Notes: generated by a model from the letters alone, not told the origin. DNA of 64,000 bases from Eledone cirrhosa (GCA_964016885.1 OZ024753.1:29388001-29452000); one strand, 5' to 3'; counted from the stretch's first letter, positions 41,601 to 55,680 are shown. A program made the numbers and translations.

Positions 41601-43058
41601 CATTCTATCCAACATTCTATCCAACAGTCTATCCAACATTCTATCCAACACTCTATCCAACATTCTATCCAACATTCTATCCAACATTCTATCCAACATT
41701 CTATCCAACATTCTATCCAACAGTCTATCCAACATTCTATCCAACATTCTATCCAACATTCTATCCAACATTCTATCCAACATTCTATCCAACATTCTAT
41801 CCAACATTCTATCCAACATTCTATCCAACATTCTATCCAACATTCTATCCAACATTCTATCCAACATTCTATCCAACAGTCTATCCAACATTCTATCCAA
41901 CATTCTATCCAACATTCTATCCAACATTCTATCCAACATTCTATCCAACATTCTATCCAACATTCTATCCAACATTCTATCCAACATTCTATCCAACATT
42001 CTATCCAACAGTCTATCCAACATTCTATCCAACAGTCTATCCAACATTCTATCCAACATTCTATCCAACATTCTATCCAACATTCTATCCAACATTCTAT
42101 CCAACATTCTATCCAACATTCTATCCAACACTCTATCCAACATTCTATCCAACACTCTATCCAACATTCTATCCAACACTCTATCCAACATTCTATCCAA
42201 CATTCTATCCAACATTCTATCCAACACTCTATCCAACATTCTATCCAACACTCTATCCAACATTCTATCCAACATTCTATCCAACATTCTATCCAACATT
42301 CTATCCAACATTCTATCCAACATTCTATCCAACATTCTATCCAACATTCTATCCAACATTCTATCCAACACTCTATCCAACATTCTATCCAACACTCTAT
42401 CCAACATTCTATCCAACATTCTATCCAACACTCTATCCAACATTCTATCCAACACTCTATCCAACATTCTATCCAACATTCTATCCAACATTCTATCCAA
42501 CATTCTATCCAACATTCTATCCAACATTCTATCCAACATTCTATCCAACATTCTATCCAACATTCTATCCAACACTCTATCCAACATTCTATCCAACATT
42601 CTATCCAACACTCTATCCAACATTCTATCCAACACTCTATCCAACATTCTATCCAACATTCTATCCAACATTCTATCCAACATTCTATCCAACATTCTAT
42701 CCAACATTCTATCCAACATTCTATCCAACATTCTATCCAACATTCTATCCAACATTCTATCCAACACTCTATCCAACATTCTATCCAACACTCTATCCAA
42801 CATTCTATCCAACATTCTATCCAACACTCTATCCAACATTCTATCCAACATTCTATCCAACATTCTATCCAACATTCTATCCAACACTCTATCCAACATT
42901 CTATCCAACAGTCTATCCAACATTCTATCCAACATTCTATCCAACATTCTATCCAACACTCTATCCAACATTCTATCCAACATTCTATCAAACATTCTAT
43001 CCAACATTCTATCAAACATTCTATCCAACATTCTATCCAACATTCTATCCAACATTCT
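29656..43058. repeat. 12-bp satellite (CTATCCAACATT)n, ~1100 sequenced monomers
   Basis: Continuous array with recurrent variants CTATCCAACACT, CTATCCAACAGT and CTATCTGACATT. Confidence 0.99.
29664..29863. other. assembly gap (200 N)
   Basis: Run of N; the true length is unknown. Confidence 1.
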
Positions 43059-43074
43059 CTGACAATTCGCCGCC

Positions 43075-45660
43075 TTCTCTTCCAAAGACGTGCGTACCCT
43101 TAAAAGGGAGCTGATAGATAGAGTAGAAGAGGCAATTAGAAGCGGCGACGTGGCCAGAGTGCTAGTGTCGAGAACGGCTTTGAGCCAGTTTTTCGACGCG
43201 AAGCACGAAGGCTGCGTTGTCCGAAGTAAAATACGTGCTCTAGGGAACGAGGGGACCAAAGCTGTTAGCTGGGCCCGCGTGACAGAAGCCAAGAGTGGAA
43301 CTAAATCCACCATCCGGTCTTTGCGAGACCAGGATGGAGGGGCGATCCTTGAACCTAATGTGAGGCCTTTCAAAAGCACTTTGCCCGATTGTTAGGAAGG
43401 GGCGGGGAGCCGGTTGGGGATGTGGACTTCGGTCCATACCTCGACGGCCTGCCGCGTCTCTCGGACAGGGAGGCGAAGTCCTGCGAGGAGCCGATTTCAG
43501 CCGCTGAGATAGAGGACGTGCTGAGCCAATGCGGCAAACGCAAATCCCCGGGTCTCGATGGTCTTCCATACGAACTATATCTAGCTATGCCGGACTTGTT
43601 CCCCGATCTCCTCGAGGCGGTCTACTGCAACTGGCAACAGAACGGGAGAATTCCCTGTGCTGTGACCAAGGGCGTAGTCACGCTAGTGAGGAAGGACGAG
43701 AACAAGGGGGACGAAATAAGTAACTTCAGGCCCATAACTCTGCTAAATACAGAGTTACAGATTTGGGCCAAGGTGCTAGCAAAGAGGTTGGCGCTTGTCG
43801 TGGGCAACCTGGTGGGATATGCGCAGACATGTGCTATCCCGTCCAGATCCATCCATTACAACCTCCATCTCATGCGATACATCATAGAGAGGGTTGGGAA
43901 CGAACCCGGCTTTGGTGGGGCTCTGATCAACTTGGATCAATCTAAGGCGTTCGATAGGGTCGACCATGGTTACCTGGATGCGGTGCTAGCGGCGGCAGGC
44001 TTCGGACCCGTTTTCAGGGGCTGGATCACTGCTATGCACAGCAGCCGCATCTGCTCTAGAGTCAAGGTAAACGGCTACCTCTTGGAGCCGTTCGAAATCG
44101 CGCGGTCCATCAGACAAGGGTGCCCTCTCTCCTCCCTTCTGTATGTATTAACTCTCGAGCTACTGCTGTGGAAGTTGGAGTTGTTGCAGAGCATCCCTTT
44201 GGAACCGGGATTGCGGAAAGCGGTGTCGGCCTACGCCGATGACGTGACAGTAATGGTGTCGACGGCCTCCGAAATCGGGGCGATCGGCACCTTACTGGAG
44301 GAGTACGAAAGGTTCACAGGGGCTAAGCTGAACCGGGACAAGTCGATCGGTTTGCAACTCGGCACGTGGAGGGGCAAACCGATGCCCTCCGATGGCGTCG
44401 TCGGTGAAGTTGTTCGGGGTCTGGTTCGGGGTCTGGTTCGGACCAAACCTCCAGGTGGGGAAGAACTGGGCGGAGGTTACGAACAGGGTGTTTGCACTGA
44501 TCCAGAAGTGGGCCAGTTGCAAACTATCCCTGAAAGGTCGGGCGGAGGTGGCGAACACCTATAGAGCGTCCGTCATCTACTACCGCCTGACCGTCGTGCC
44601 TTTCCCAAGGGAAACCCTCGCCAAGATGGAGCGCGCGCTCTTCCAATTCCTTTGGAATAGGCGGGCTCCTATGGTGAGGAGTTCCATCTGCTGTCAACAC
44701 CCTTCGAAAGGAGGGCTGGGGATGCCGTGGCTAATGATGCGTAAACACGCATTAAGGCTACGGCACCTCCACGTATTCCTCACCGGTCAACCGGTGTGGG
44801 CCTCGTTTGTGAGACGAACCTTTCCCAGACTCGTCTCACTCACCGAGCTGCAATCCTGGGTCAAGCAAAGACCGAGAAAACTGGGCGCCTGGCACACTGA
44901 GTGTGCCCAGGCGCTCACCCTCCTCTGGCAGGCGGATCCGGTTATCAGTGGAGACTCCACCGCAACATTCTATAGAGGGCTGGTACGCAGCAGGTGCGAC
45001 GACACCCTCGGAGAAGCCCTAGACATGGAGGAAGACGAGCTGGCCAGCCTGTTCGGTAGGACATTCAGCCCGGGACCTATGGACAACTTCCAGAAGTCCC
45101 TGGCCTGGCAGTGCTACCGAGGGGCTCTACCCGTTCGAGAAAAGCTCTACAGACACGGGCGCCCGGGTAGGGACCCCGCCAAAAAGATCTGTCCCAGATG
45201 CGTGTGCGACGAGGAAACCGTTGCACACGCATTGGTACACTGCTCGGGCGTAGCCGATCTGTGGAGCTATGTCGAACAACTGCTGTCAAGGGTGGGACCG
45301 ATCCGGTTGACCACCGAGTCTATTGTAACGATCAAGCCGCCCCCCCCCCCTTCCTTCAAAAATGAAGTAGAGGCGGTGTTTCTGTGCGTAATAGCCATGG
45401 TGAAAGAGGTTGTATGGTGGACGCGTCTGAAAGGACTGAGGTCAGGCACCTTTCTCTCTGGCCAACAACTGGTCCGTTTCTTCCGATATCATTTCGGAAG
45501 AAGGATCAGGATGGAGAGAGAAGTGCTCCACCCCAGTCATTTTTATGAAAGGTAGGTGAAAGTGGCGAGAATGACCCGTGTGAATGGGCCTTCACTCTAC
45601 ATAAGCCTGTCGGTGGAAAAGAGGAAGGAACGAGGGAGCACCCTCTCTTTGTGCTCCTGA
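43075..45660 (+). pseudogene. Tx1-type ORF2 (linker, RT, CCHC zinc knuckle), frameshifted; APE endonuclease missing
   Basis: GCVVRSKIRALGNEGT, SPGLDGLPYELY, FRPITLLNTE, LDQSKAFDRVDH, IRQGCPLS, AYADD, PSKGGLG, CPRCVCDEETVAHALVHC. Frameshifts near 43370 and 44400 (with a 12-bp gttcggggtctg duplication). TAG at 45553-45555 is probably a mutated TGG. Confidence 0.92.
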
Positions 45661-45860
45661 GGAGAAGGGGTTGCACACTTTTTTCGGGGGTGTGTGTGAC
45701 CCCCCAAACGCCCCCTCCCTATTGAGGACGTATTGTTAAGTTTATTGTTAATTTTATATTTGTTATATATTTTCTTTACTCGCCTTTTCATGTAAACTCC
45801 CCCCCATTGTACTTGTCCCACTTTTTGAGGCCCTGGTGGCAAATAAAAAGAAACATATCT
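43075..45860 (+). mobile_element. 5'-truncated Tx1/L1-clade LINE
   Basis: ORF2 remnant plus a 3' UTR ending ggcaaataaaagaaac(ATCT)n. Confidence 0.9.
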
Positions 45861-45894
45861 ATCTATCTATTTATTTGTTTCAATAGCTTTACAC

Positions 45895-45985
45895 GACTGT
45901 ATGTAAAATCCCCGGTATATGTTGTGTCTTTGTTTTGTCCCCTTTTCTTGTGCGCCCTTGTGGCAAATAAAGAAATCTATCTATT
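45895..45985 (+). mobile_element. second, diverged Tx1-type 3' terminus
   Basis: tgtaaaatcccc..ttgtcccc..gcccttgtggcaaataaagaa(ATCT)n parallels 45790-45860. Confidence 0.6.
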
Positions 45986-46412
45986 TATCTCTCTATCTCT
46001 CTATCTCTCTATCTATCTCTCTGTCTGTAACTCTGTCTCCTTCTATCCCTCTCTCTCCCTCACTCTCTTTCTCTCTTTATCCTCTATATCACTCATCTCT
46101 CCCACTCTCTCTCTTTCTCTCTTTATGCTCTGTCTCTCCCTCTCTCCCCTCTCTCTCTTCTCTCTCTCTCTTTCTCTCTTTATCCTCTACATCTCTCCCC
46201 ATCTCTCTCTTTCCCTCTTTATCCTCTATCTCTCCCTCTTTCTCTCTTTATCCTCTATCTCTCCCTCCTCTCTCTCTCTTTCTCTCTTTATCCTCTATCT
46301 CTCACCCTCTCTCTCTCTATCTCTCACTCTCCTCTTTAAGATTTATTTACGTTATGTTTAGTGGGGGGGTGTTTCTTCTTCTTCTTCTTCTTCTTCTTCT
46401 TCTTCTTCTTCT

Positions 46413-46446
<34 letters not shown>

Positions 46447-46610
46447 CACACATGTGTGTATATATATATATATATACACATACATATATATATACATATA
46501 TACACATATATATATATACATATATACACATATATATATATACATATATATACGTATATACACATACATATATATATACGTATATATATATATATATATA
46601 TACATATATT

Positions 46611-46669
<59 letters not shown>

Positions 46670-46671
<2 letters not shown>

Positions 46672-46843
46672 CGAAGGAAATGTGGTAAGGAACCAGGTGG
46701 ACCATAACGCACCAAAGTACTCAATACTTGAGGTAGTAGAGTGGGTAATAGGAACCAGTAAGACCCCGACAGCTGAGCTCAAGCCGTTTCGACGGCTAAG
46801 CCGTCGAAACGGCTTGAGCTCAGCTGTCGGGGTCTTACTGGTT

Positions 46844-46847
<4 letters not shown>
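46670..46847. mobile_element. fold-back PLE terminus (family A)
   Basis: Minus-strand tail plus a perfect hairpin taggaaccagtaagaccccgacagctgagctcaagccgtttcgacggct-a-agccgtcgaaacggcttgagctcagctgtcggggtcttactggttccta within (TA)n. Confidence 0.75.
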
Positions 46848-47991
<1,144 letters not shown>

Positions 47992-48022
47992 GTATATATA
48001 TGTATGTGTATATATATGTTTA

Positions 48023-48096
<74 letters not shown>

Positions 48097-48246
48097 CATA
48101 TATATATATATACACATACATATATATATACATATATATATATATATAACCGTCTAATCATTTTCAACAACACACCCATTTACCGTTTCAGTTTTCTACT
48201 TTTTTTCCTTAGCTTCTTTCTTTCTTTCTCTTTTATTCATATACAG

Positions 48247-48279
<33 letters not shown>

Positions 48280-48434
48280 TCTCTTTATCTTCTTCTCTCC
48301 CCCTCTCTTCTACACCTTTCGCTTTCATCTTTCTACCTTTCTATAACCTTTTGTTCCTTTTCTTTTCTAATATATCGAAATATCATTTGACACACACACA
48401 TACACTCAATATATATATATGTGTGTGTGTGTGT

Positions 48435-48515
48435 ACAAAATGTCCCCAAAAATGTATACACATATACACACTTCAGCAGCATTCTAATCAAAGGGTGTAT
48501 ACATTTTTTGGACAT

Positions 48516-48520
<5 letters not shown>
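48435..48520. mobile_element. Tc1/mariner-type MITE (decayed)
   Basis: tgtccccaaaaatgtatacac...gtgtatacattttttggaca. Confidence 0.55.
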
Positions 48521-48581
<61 letters not shown>

Positions 48582-48631
48582 AATATATATATATACATAT
48601 ACATATATATACATATATATATATATGTATG

Positions 48632-48664
<33 letters not shown>

Positions 48665-49685
48665 CTTTAAAGCGATGAAATACCATCGCTTTAAAGACCA
48701 TATACCTCCGGTTGGTGCGAGAACGGCTAAAAGAAGTCGTTGGGACACGTAAATAAAGGGGACACGAGAGTGTAAACAAACAAAGATGGTGAAGCAACGA
48801 AAAGTGAGGAAGAACGAGTTAAGTCCCAAATTTCTATGAATATAAGTTCGGTGAAATCGTGAACGAGAGAGAATAAAGACCATCAAACCTGGTTGGAATG
48901 TGAGCAAGGAAGGAATTCCGTACAGGTCTAACGGGAGGAAGAAGGAATCTAGTCTGTGAATTCGGTGAACATAAGTTCTGTGAAATCGTAGACGAGAGAG
49001 AGAAAAAAAACGAACCTGCCTGACCAAGAGTGCGAAAGAAAAGAATTACGCACAGGTCAAACGGGAAGAAGGAGGAGGAGGAGAGGAAGTAACAGAGAGT
49101 GAGTGAGTGAAGGGTGAGGAAGATGCTAACAGAGAGAGTGACTGTTACAGAGAAAGAGGAAGCAGTAAGAACGAAATAGACGTGTCACAGCGGGGGAAAA
49201 AATATGTGTAAATATGAGAATAAACGTGCTGCGTGGTTGCTAATGGGTTACATATGAATAAAGTTAGTCCTTCATCAGTGATCTTCCAACCATCATTGGT
49301 ATTTCATCGCTTTAAAGACCATATACCTCCGGTTGGTGCGAGCAACGGCTAAAAACAGTCGTTGGGACACGTAAATAAAGGGGACACGAGAGTGTAAACA
49401 AACAAAGATGGTGAAGCAACGAAAAATGAGGAAGAAAGAGTCAAGTCCCAAAATTCCATGAATATAAGTTCGTTGAAATCGTGAACGAGAGAGAATAAAG
49501 ACCATCAAACCTGGTTGGAATGTGAGCAAGGAAGGAATTCCGTACAGGTCTAACGGGAGAAGAAGTAATCTAGTCTGTGAATTCGGGGAACATAAGTTCT
49601 GTGAAATCGTAGACGAGAGAGAGAAAAAAAGCGAACCAGCCTGACCAAGAGTGCGAAAGAAAAGAATTACGCACAGGTCAAACGA
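48665..49685 (-). mobile_element. partial-tandem element (~380-bp direct repeats), probably a PLE 3' UTR/pLTR
   Basis: 48684-49063 is repeated at 49306-49683. Terminal mini-hairpin ctttaaagcgatg-aaatac-catcgctttaaag, and a minus-strand CTGATGA at ~49272-49278. Confidence 0.55.
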
Positions 49686-50458
49686 GAGAAAAATTCAAAA
49701 ATAACCAGACATAGGCGAGGCGTAAAAACCCTATGTTTTAATGTAGAGGTATTAGTATGTATAAAAACCAGCCACTATATTGTAAATATCAGTATTCCTG
49801 AATGAGACATGTATCCATAATGTGTGAAAATTAATGATCTTATGTTTAGTTTTTTAAAAAATTCATATCTTTGTGGTTTATTTTTATTTTTATTATTGTA
49901 GTATTTTCTAATATTTTTATTTTTAATATTTTTAATATGTAATATTTTTAATATGTAATATTCTTTCGTAATATTTTTTAGTTTTCTATTTTATTATTAC
50001 TTATTATTATTATTGTTATTTTTTAGTTTTGTTTCTGATATATATTTTTATTAGTATATTGAAATCTGCTCTCTATTTCTGCTTGATAGATAATCTTGTA
50101 GAGTAAAGACAGGAATAGTAGTAATATTGACTCTATATATATTTATGTGTATATATATACACATATATGTATACTTAAATTTTTATACCACAATGAGAAT
50201 GTTTTCCGTGAACTTAGGGTTTGCAGAGTTGATCATGTAAATTCACATAGATGTTTGTAGTTATCACATAAACATATGAATTTAAAAAAAAAACTAAACA
50301 TAAGATCATTAATTTTCACACATTATGGATACATGTCTCATTCAGGAATACTGATATTTACAATATAGTGGCTGGTTTTTATACATACTAATACCTCTAC
50401 ATTAAAACATAGGGTTTTTACGCCTCGCCTATGTCTGGTTATTTTTGAATTTTTCTCT
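49686..50458. mobile_element. element with ~180-bp terminal inverted repeats (MITE-like or inverted pLTR)
   Basis: 49686-49868 is the near-exact reverse complement of 50274-50458, with an AT-rich spacer between. Confidence 0.75.
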
Positions 50459-50639
50459 ATATATAACAGCTGGTTTCTCTCCATATATCTCCCTTACATT
50501 AATACTAGAGCTAAATAAATAAATAAATAAATAAATGTATCATTGATACGTTTACTCAACGGACGTCCCACTACAATTTTTTCACTGCCAATTCAACTTT
50601 TTCAAATACAAGTCGATGTTGTTACGGTATGTCGAATCT

Positions 50640-51021
<382 letters not shown>

Positions 51022-51384
51022 TAAACGGAATAGAAAATGCTGACAAATTGTTCACAGTTGAAAAATGGTTTAATTAGGAATAAAAGAGTATTAGTGATTG
51101 TATGGGTTAGTATTCAGTTGTGGTTTTAAGTTTTTAAGTTTTTACCGGTTGCGCATTTCTAAATGCTTTTCAAAAATAATTTTGAGATAGAGTGTCCGTG
51201 CTGTTTGCTCTGATCTTATTAGTTTTGGGAATTCTACCTGTTTTTATGTTAAAAAAGTGGCTCCAGCGTTATTTTTGTGTTGCAAAAATGCTTGTGGTCA
51301 AAACAATTTTGATTGGTCGGTAGAGGTCATGTGAATGTAAAAAGTTGATTTTGCGCCAAGACTGTTTTTATGTTAAAAAGCCTT

Positions 51385-51952
51385 TGACACCATCCTCCAG
51401 AACATCCTTGTATTGAAAAAGGACCATAGAATGAACCAAATTCTACGAACACACAATATCATAAAGAGCAAAAGACAATCCAAGTCAATGAAAAACATCT
51501 TAACACGTGCCAAAGTACTGCCAACCACAACAACGAAACCCACAGTAAAAAAATGCGATAGACCCAACTGTGGCATTTGCATCAACCTAATAGAGGGTTC
51601 GGAATTCTATTTCAAAGATGGACAACGTTTTATAGTAAAACACAATTTCACATGTGCATCGGAAAATCTAATATATGTATTAACTTGTTCAGGTTGTCGA
51701 GAACAATACATAGGCCAGACCAAAAACAGCCTCCGCCAACGCATGACTGTCCATAGATCCCAAATTAAAATACGGGAATACAGGAAAATACCACTGAGTG
51801 AACACATTGATACCTGTGCCGCCCAAAATCATCCCAACTTCAGAATCTTTCCCCTCTACAAATTTAAAGATAATGCCACCCACACCCAGCGCATCAGCAA
51901 GGAATCTTACTTCATTAACAAATACGGACCCCGTCTAAACACTTCTCCCTAA
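51385..51952 (+). pseudogene. PLE GIY-YIG endonuclease domain (5'-truncated, frame open)
   Basis: KCDRPNCGIC Cys linker, FTCASENLIYVLTCSGCREQYIGQTKNSLRQRMTVHRSQI, ESYFINKYGPRLN. Confidence 0.9.
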
Positions 51953-52271
51953 GACGAACCCACAACATACACACGTCAACATACATACCTACATCAGCAC
52001 ACATCTCTACCCACATATAAACACAATGACACACGTAAACACACATGCTCTATGGTGCAATACAAAAAAATATATGTGCATATATATGTATGTATATATG
52101 TATATGTATATATATATATGTAGTGAATATATGTATGTGTGTATATATATATAGTGAATATCATTTCACAGCTTTTATTGTTAAGATTTTTGATGTTCTA
52201 TTAAGAGAACCGATTTTACTGAAAAAATCGAATAATGTACACCATTTTACCAGGGGGGAAAAAATACTGGT

Positions 52272-52326
<55 letters not shown>

Positions 52327-52456
52327 CACAAACACATACACACGCGTACATCAACATACAAAGAGACTTATACACACACACACACACACACACACACGCA
52401 CTTCTCCGTATAAGATAAAAGCTGAAAAATATCTTTTGACCTTCGAATGACTCTGC

Positions 52457-52499
<43 letters not shown>

Positions 52500-52564
52500 A
52501 TCTTAATAGCCATTTGACACACATCGCTGCTGGCCATTGTCGCAGCATCGAACACCTTACTACT

Positions 52565-52640
<76 letters not shown>

Positions 52641-52954
52641 TTGTTGTGAAAGAGTCATTTCTCAATCTTGGCGCAAAACCAATTTTTTATCCACATGACC
52701 TCTACCGACCAATCAAAATTGTTTTGACCAAGAATTTTTGCTGGAGCCACTTTTTTAACATAAAAACAGTCTTGGCGCAAAATCAACTTTTTATATTCAC
52801 ATGACCTCTACCGACCAATCAAAATTGTTTTGACCACAAGCATTTTTGCAACACAAAAATAACGCTGGAGCCACTTTTTTAACATAAAAACAGGTAGAAT
52901 TCCCAAAACTAATCAGATCAGAGCAAACAGCACGGACACTCTATCTCAAAATTA

Positions 52955-52991
52955 TTTTTGAAAAGCATTTAGAAATGCGCAACCGGTAAAA
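52955..52991 (+). ncRNA. minimal HHR motif, U3/A8 variant with GAAA changed to GCAA
   Basis: ttt TTGAAAA gcattt-ag-aaatgc GCAAC cg GTA aaa. Mirrored at ~51141-51177. Confidence 0.55.
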
Positions 52992-53739
52992 ACTTAAAAA
53001 CTTAAAACCACAACTGAATACTAACCCATACAATCACTAATACTCTTTTATTCCTAATTAAACCATTTTTCAACTGTGAACAATTTGTCAGCATTTTCTA
53101 TTCCGTTTACCAATATATAATAACTTGTGTGTTACACCTCTATTCTTTTAACTATATATATATATATATATATGTGTGTGTCTGTGTATGTGGGATTGCG
53201 GGGGAGGGTCATATTTGTGTAATATTGCCAGAATTAATAACAGAACACACTCACTGTTTGGTTGGTTTTCGCTTTTCGCTTCTGTGTCCTTTATATCGGT
53301 TAATTTAATTTATTCGGTCCTCAATGTTGCCATTGACTGACCAACGGTCAAAAATACAGATACAATATAGACACAAACACATATATATAGTCTATCAAAG
53401 TTCTTTCGTTGCACATCTGCAACATCGTCAGTGGTGCTATTGTTTCCTCCCGTTGCATTGTATTTTCTACGCCATCTTTATTTAGTCTGTTTATATATTT
53501 ATTTATTTGTTTTTGGTTTTTTTTCAACACACGATTTCATATCAAAAACCTCGCAAAACTAATTTATCGCCGTTATTTATATATATATGTATATATATAT
53601 ATATTCTTTTGCCCTTTCTTCACATTCATTATATCCAACCCAACCATCTCACCCAATCCGTATTTTCGTCACTCTTTATAAGTCTCTCATGTTTTCTTTA
53701 CTCCACTTCATTTGACATCGCATTTCATATACATACCCT

Positions 53740-53832
<93 letters not shown>

Positions 53833-54390
53833 GCTCCACCTTTTCTCTATGTGTCATCAAACACGTCATGCTTTCTCTCCTCACCGCTCCTCTCTCTCTC
53901 TCTCTCTCCTCTCACTCTCTCTCTCTCTTTCTCTCTCTTCTAAAACTATCTACTCTCCTCTCCTCTCCCTGTCATCTAGTGTCATTTGTCAATTTCCCTT
54001 CACACCCTCATTCTCATCCCTAATAGCTTTTACTTTCACTTTCGCTTTTACTTTTGTTTCATGGATATCTCATTCAGCAGTTAGACTTTTTACACCTCTT
54101 TATTTACATCTTTTTTCGCTCTTCTTTTCTCTCTCTTATCGTTCCTCTCTTTTCATCTTTTCAAATCTTCGTTTTTCGTTAGCTTCTTCCTCGCCAACTT
54201 TCTCAACCCCCCACCCCCCCACCCCTCCCCTCCGGTATTTCTATTTCACGCTTTTTTTTCTTCTTTTCACTCTTACTTTCTTTTCTCTTTTTTCCTTATT
54301 CGTATAGACGAAACTCCCTCATATTATAACACTCTCCTCCTTCCGCTTTGTTTCACGTTTTCTCTCTCTTTCTCCCTATCTCTCCCTCGT

Positions 54391-54479
<89 letters not shown>

Positions 54480-54876
54480 GCTATCCATCTCTCATACTCC
54501 GTTTCTCTGCCTGTTTTGCATGCTCTCCCTCTTCTTTTCTCTTTCTCTCTCTCATATACTTTGCTCTTCTCACCCTCTCTGTTCCTCTCACTCACTCTCT
54601 CTCACCCTCTCTCTCTCTTCTCTCTCTCACACATACACGCTCCCTCTCACATATATTATCATCCTCTCACTTGCCACCCGCTTTCACACACACACACACT
54701 CACAAACATACACGTTCTCCCTATATATTTTCGTAACACTCCGTTGCTCAAATATTTGATTACCAACAGAGGTACGCACACACGCATGCACGCACAAATA
54801 CAGGCACACAAACACATCTAACCACGAAACTGTTCTACACGTGTATTTCATTCTTCTCCCCCTCTCTCCTTCCCCT

Positions 54877-54969
<93 letters not shown>

Positions 54970-55053
54970 TCTGTTTTTGTAACAATCTACAGATTATTCG
55001 GTACAATATTCTACTTTCTTTCATCTATCACTCTCTCCTTCGATCTAGCAAAC

Positions 55054-55126
<73 letters not shown>

Positions 55127-55281
55127 ATTATTATTATTATTATTATTATTAATATATATTTTATATATTTCTTACGTATCAATTGTTCTCATCTCTCTAT
55201 CTTACTCTTCATTCATCCTCTCACTTTCCTTCAGCCTCATAATTTCCTCTTAATTTTCATCTCTTTCCATCCTTTACTATC

Positions 55282-55314
<33 letters not shown>

Positions 55315-55322
55315 GTCTCTCA

Positions 55323-55375
<53 letters not shown>

Positions 55376-55462
55376 TCCTCTCTCTCGCTCTCTCTTACTC
55401 TCTCGGTTATTCTCTCTTACAATCCCTTACTCTCCCTTAATCTCCGCCCTTAATCTCTCTCT

Positions 55463-55525
<63 letters not shown>

Positions 55526-55680
55526 TCTTTCTCTTACTCTTTCTTACTCTCTCGGTTACTCTCATTTGTTTTGTTTTATTTGTCTGTATACATTTTCTCT
55601 TTCAGACATTTTCATTTTATCTTTCCACCTCTTTCTTTCTCTCCTGTCTTCGTTTTTCTCTCATTGTGACTGTCTCTACA

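Larger units (their letters stand above)
29360..43074 (-). mobile_element. long-variant Nin SINE split by the 12-bp satellite
   Basis: The SINE body at 29360-29663 ends ..taaagcattctat. After the array the head resumes as ctctgacaattcgccgcc (43057-43074), matching 23136-23153. Confidence 0.8.

Noticed and set aside
29656-43058. CRISPR array or telomeric repeat
   Set aside because: No unique spacers, eukaryotic context, and the monomer is not TTAGGG-like.
33066-43379. 3437-aa (MLDR)n and 3153-aa (WIEC)n ORFs
   Set aside because: Artefacts of a stop-free 12-bp satellite derived from a SINE head. The N-terminus is antisense LINE sequence.
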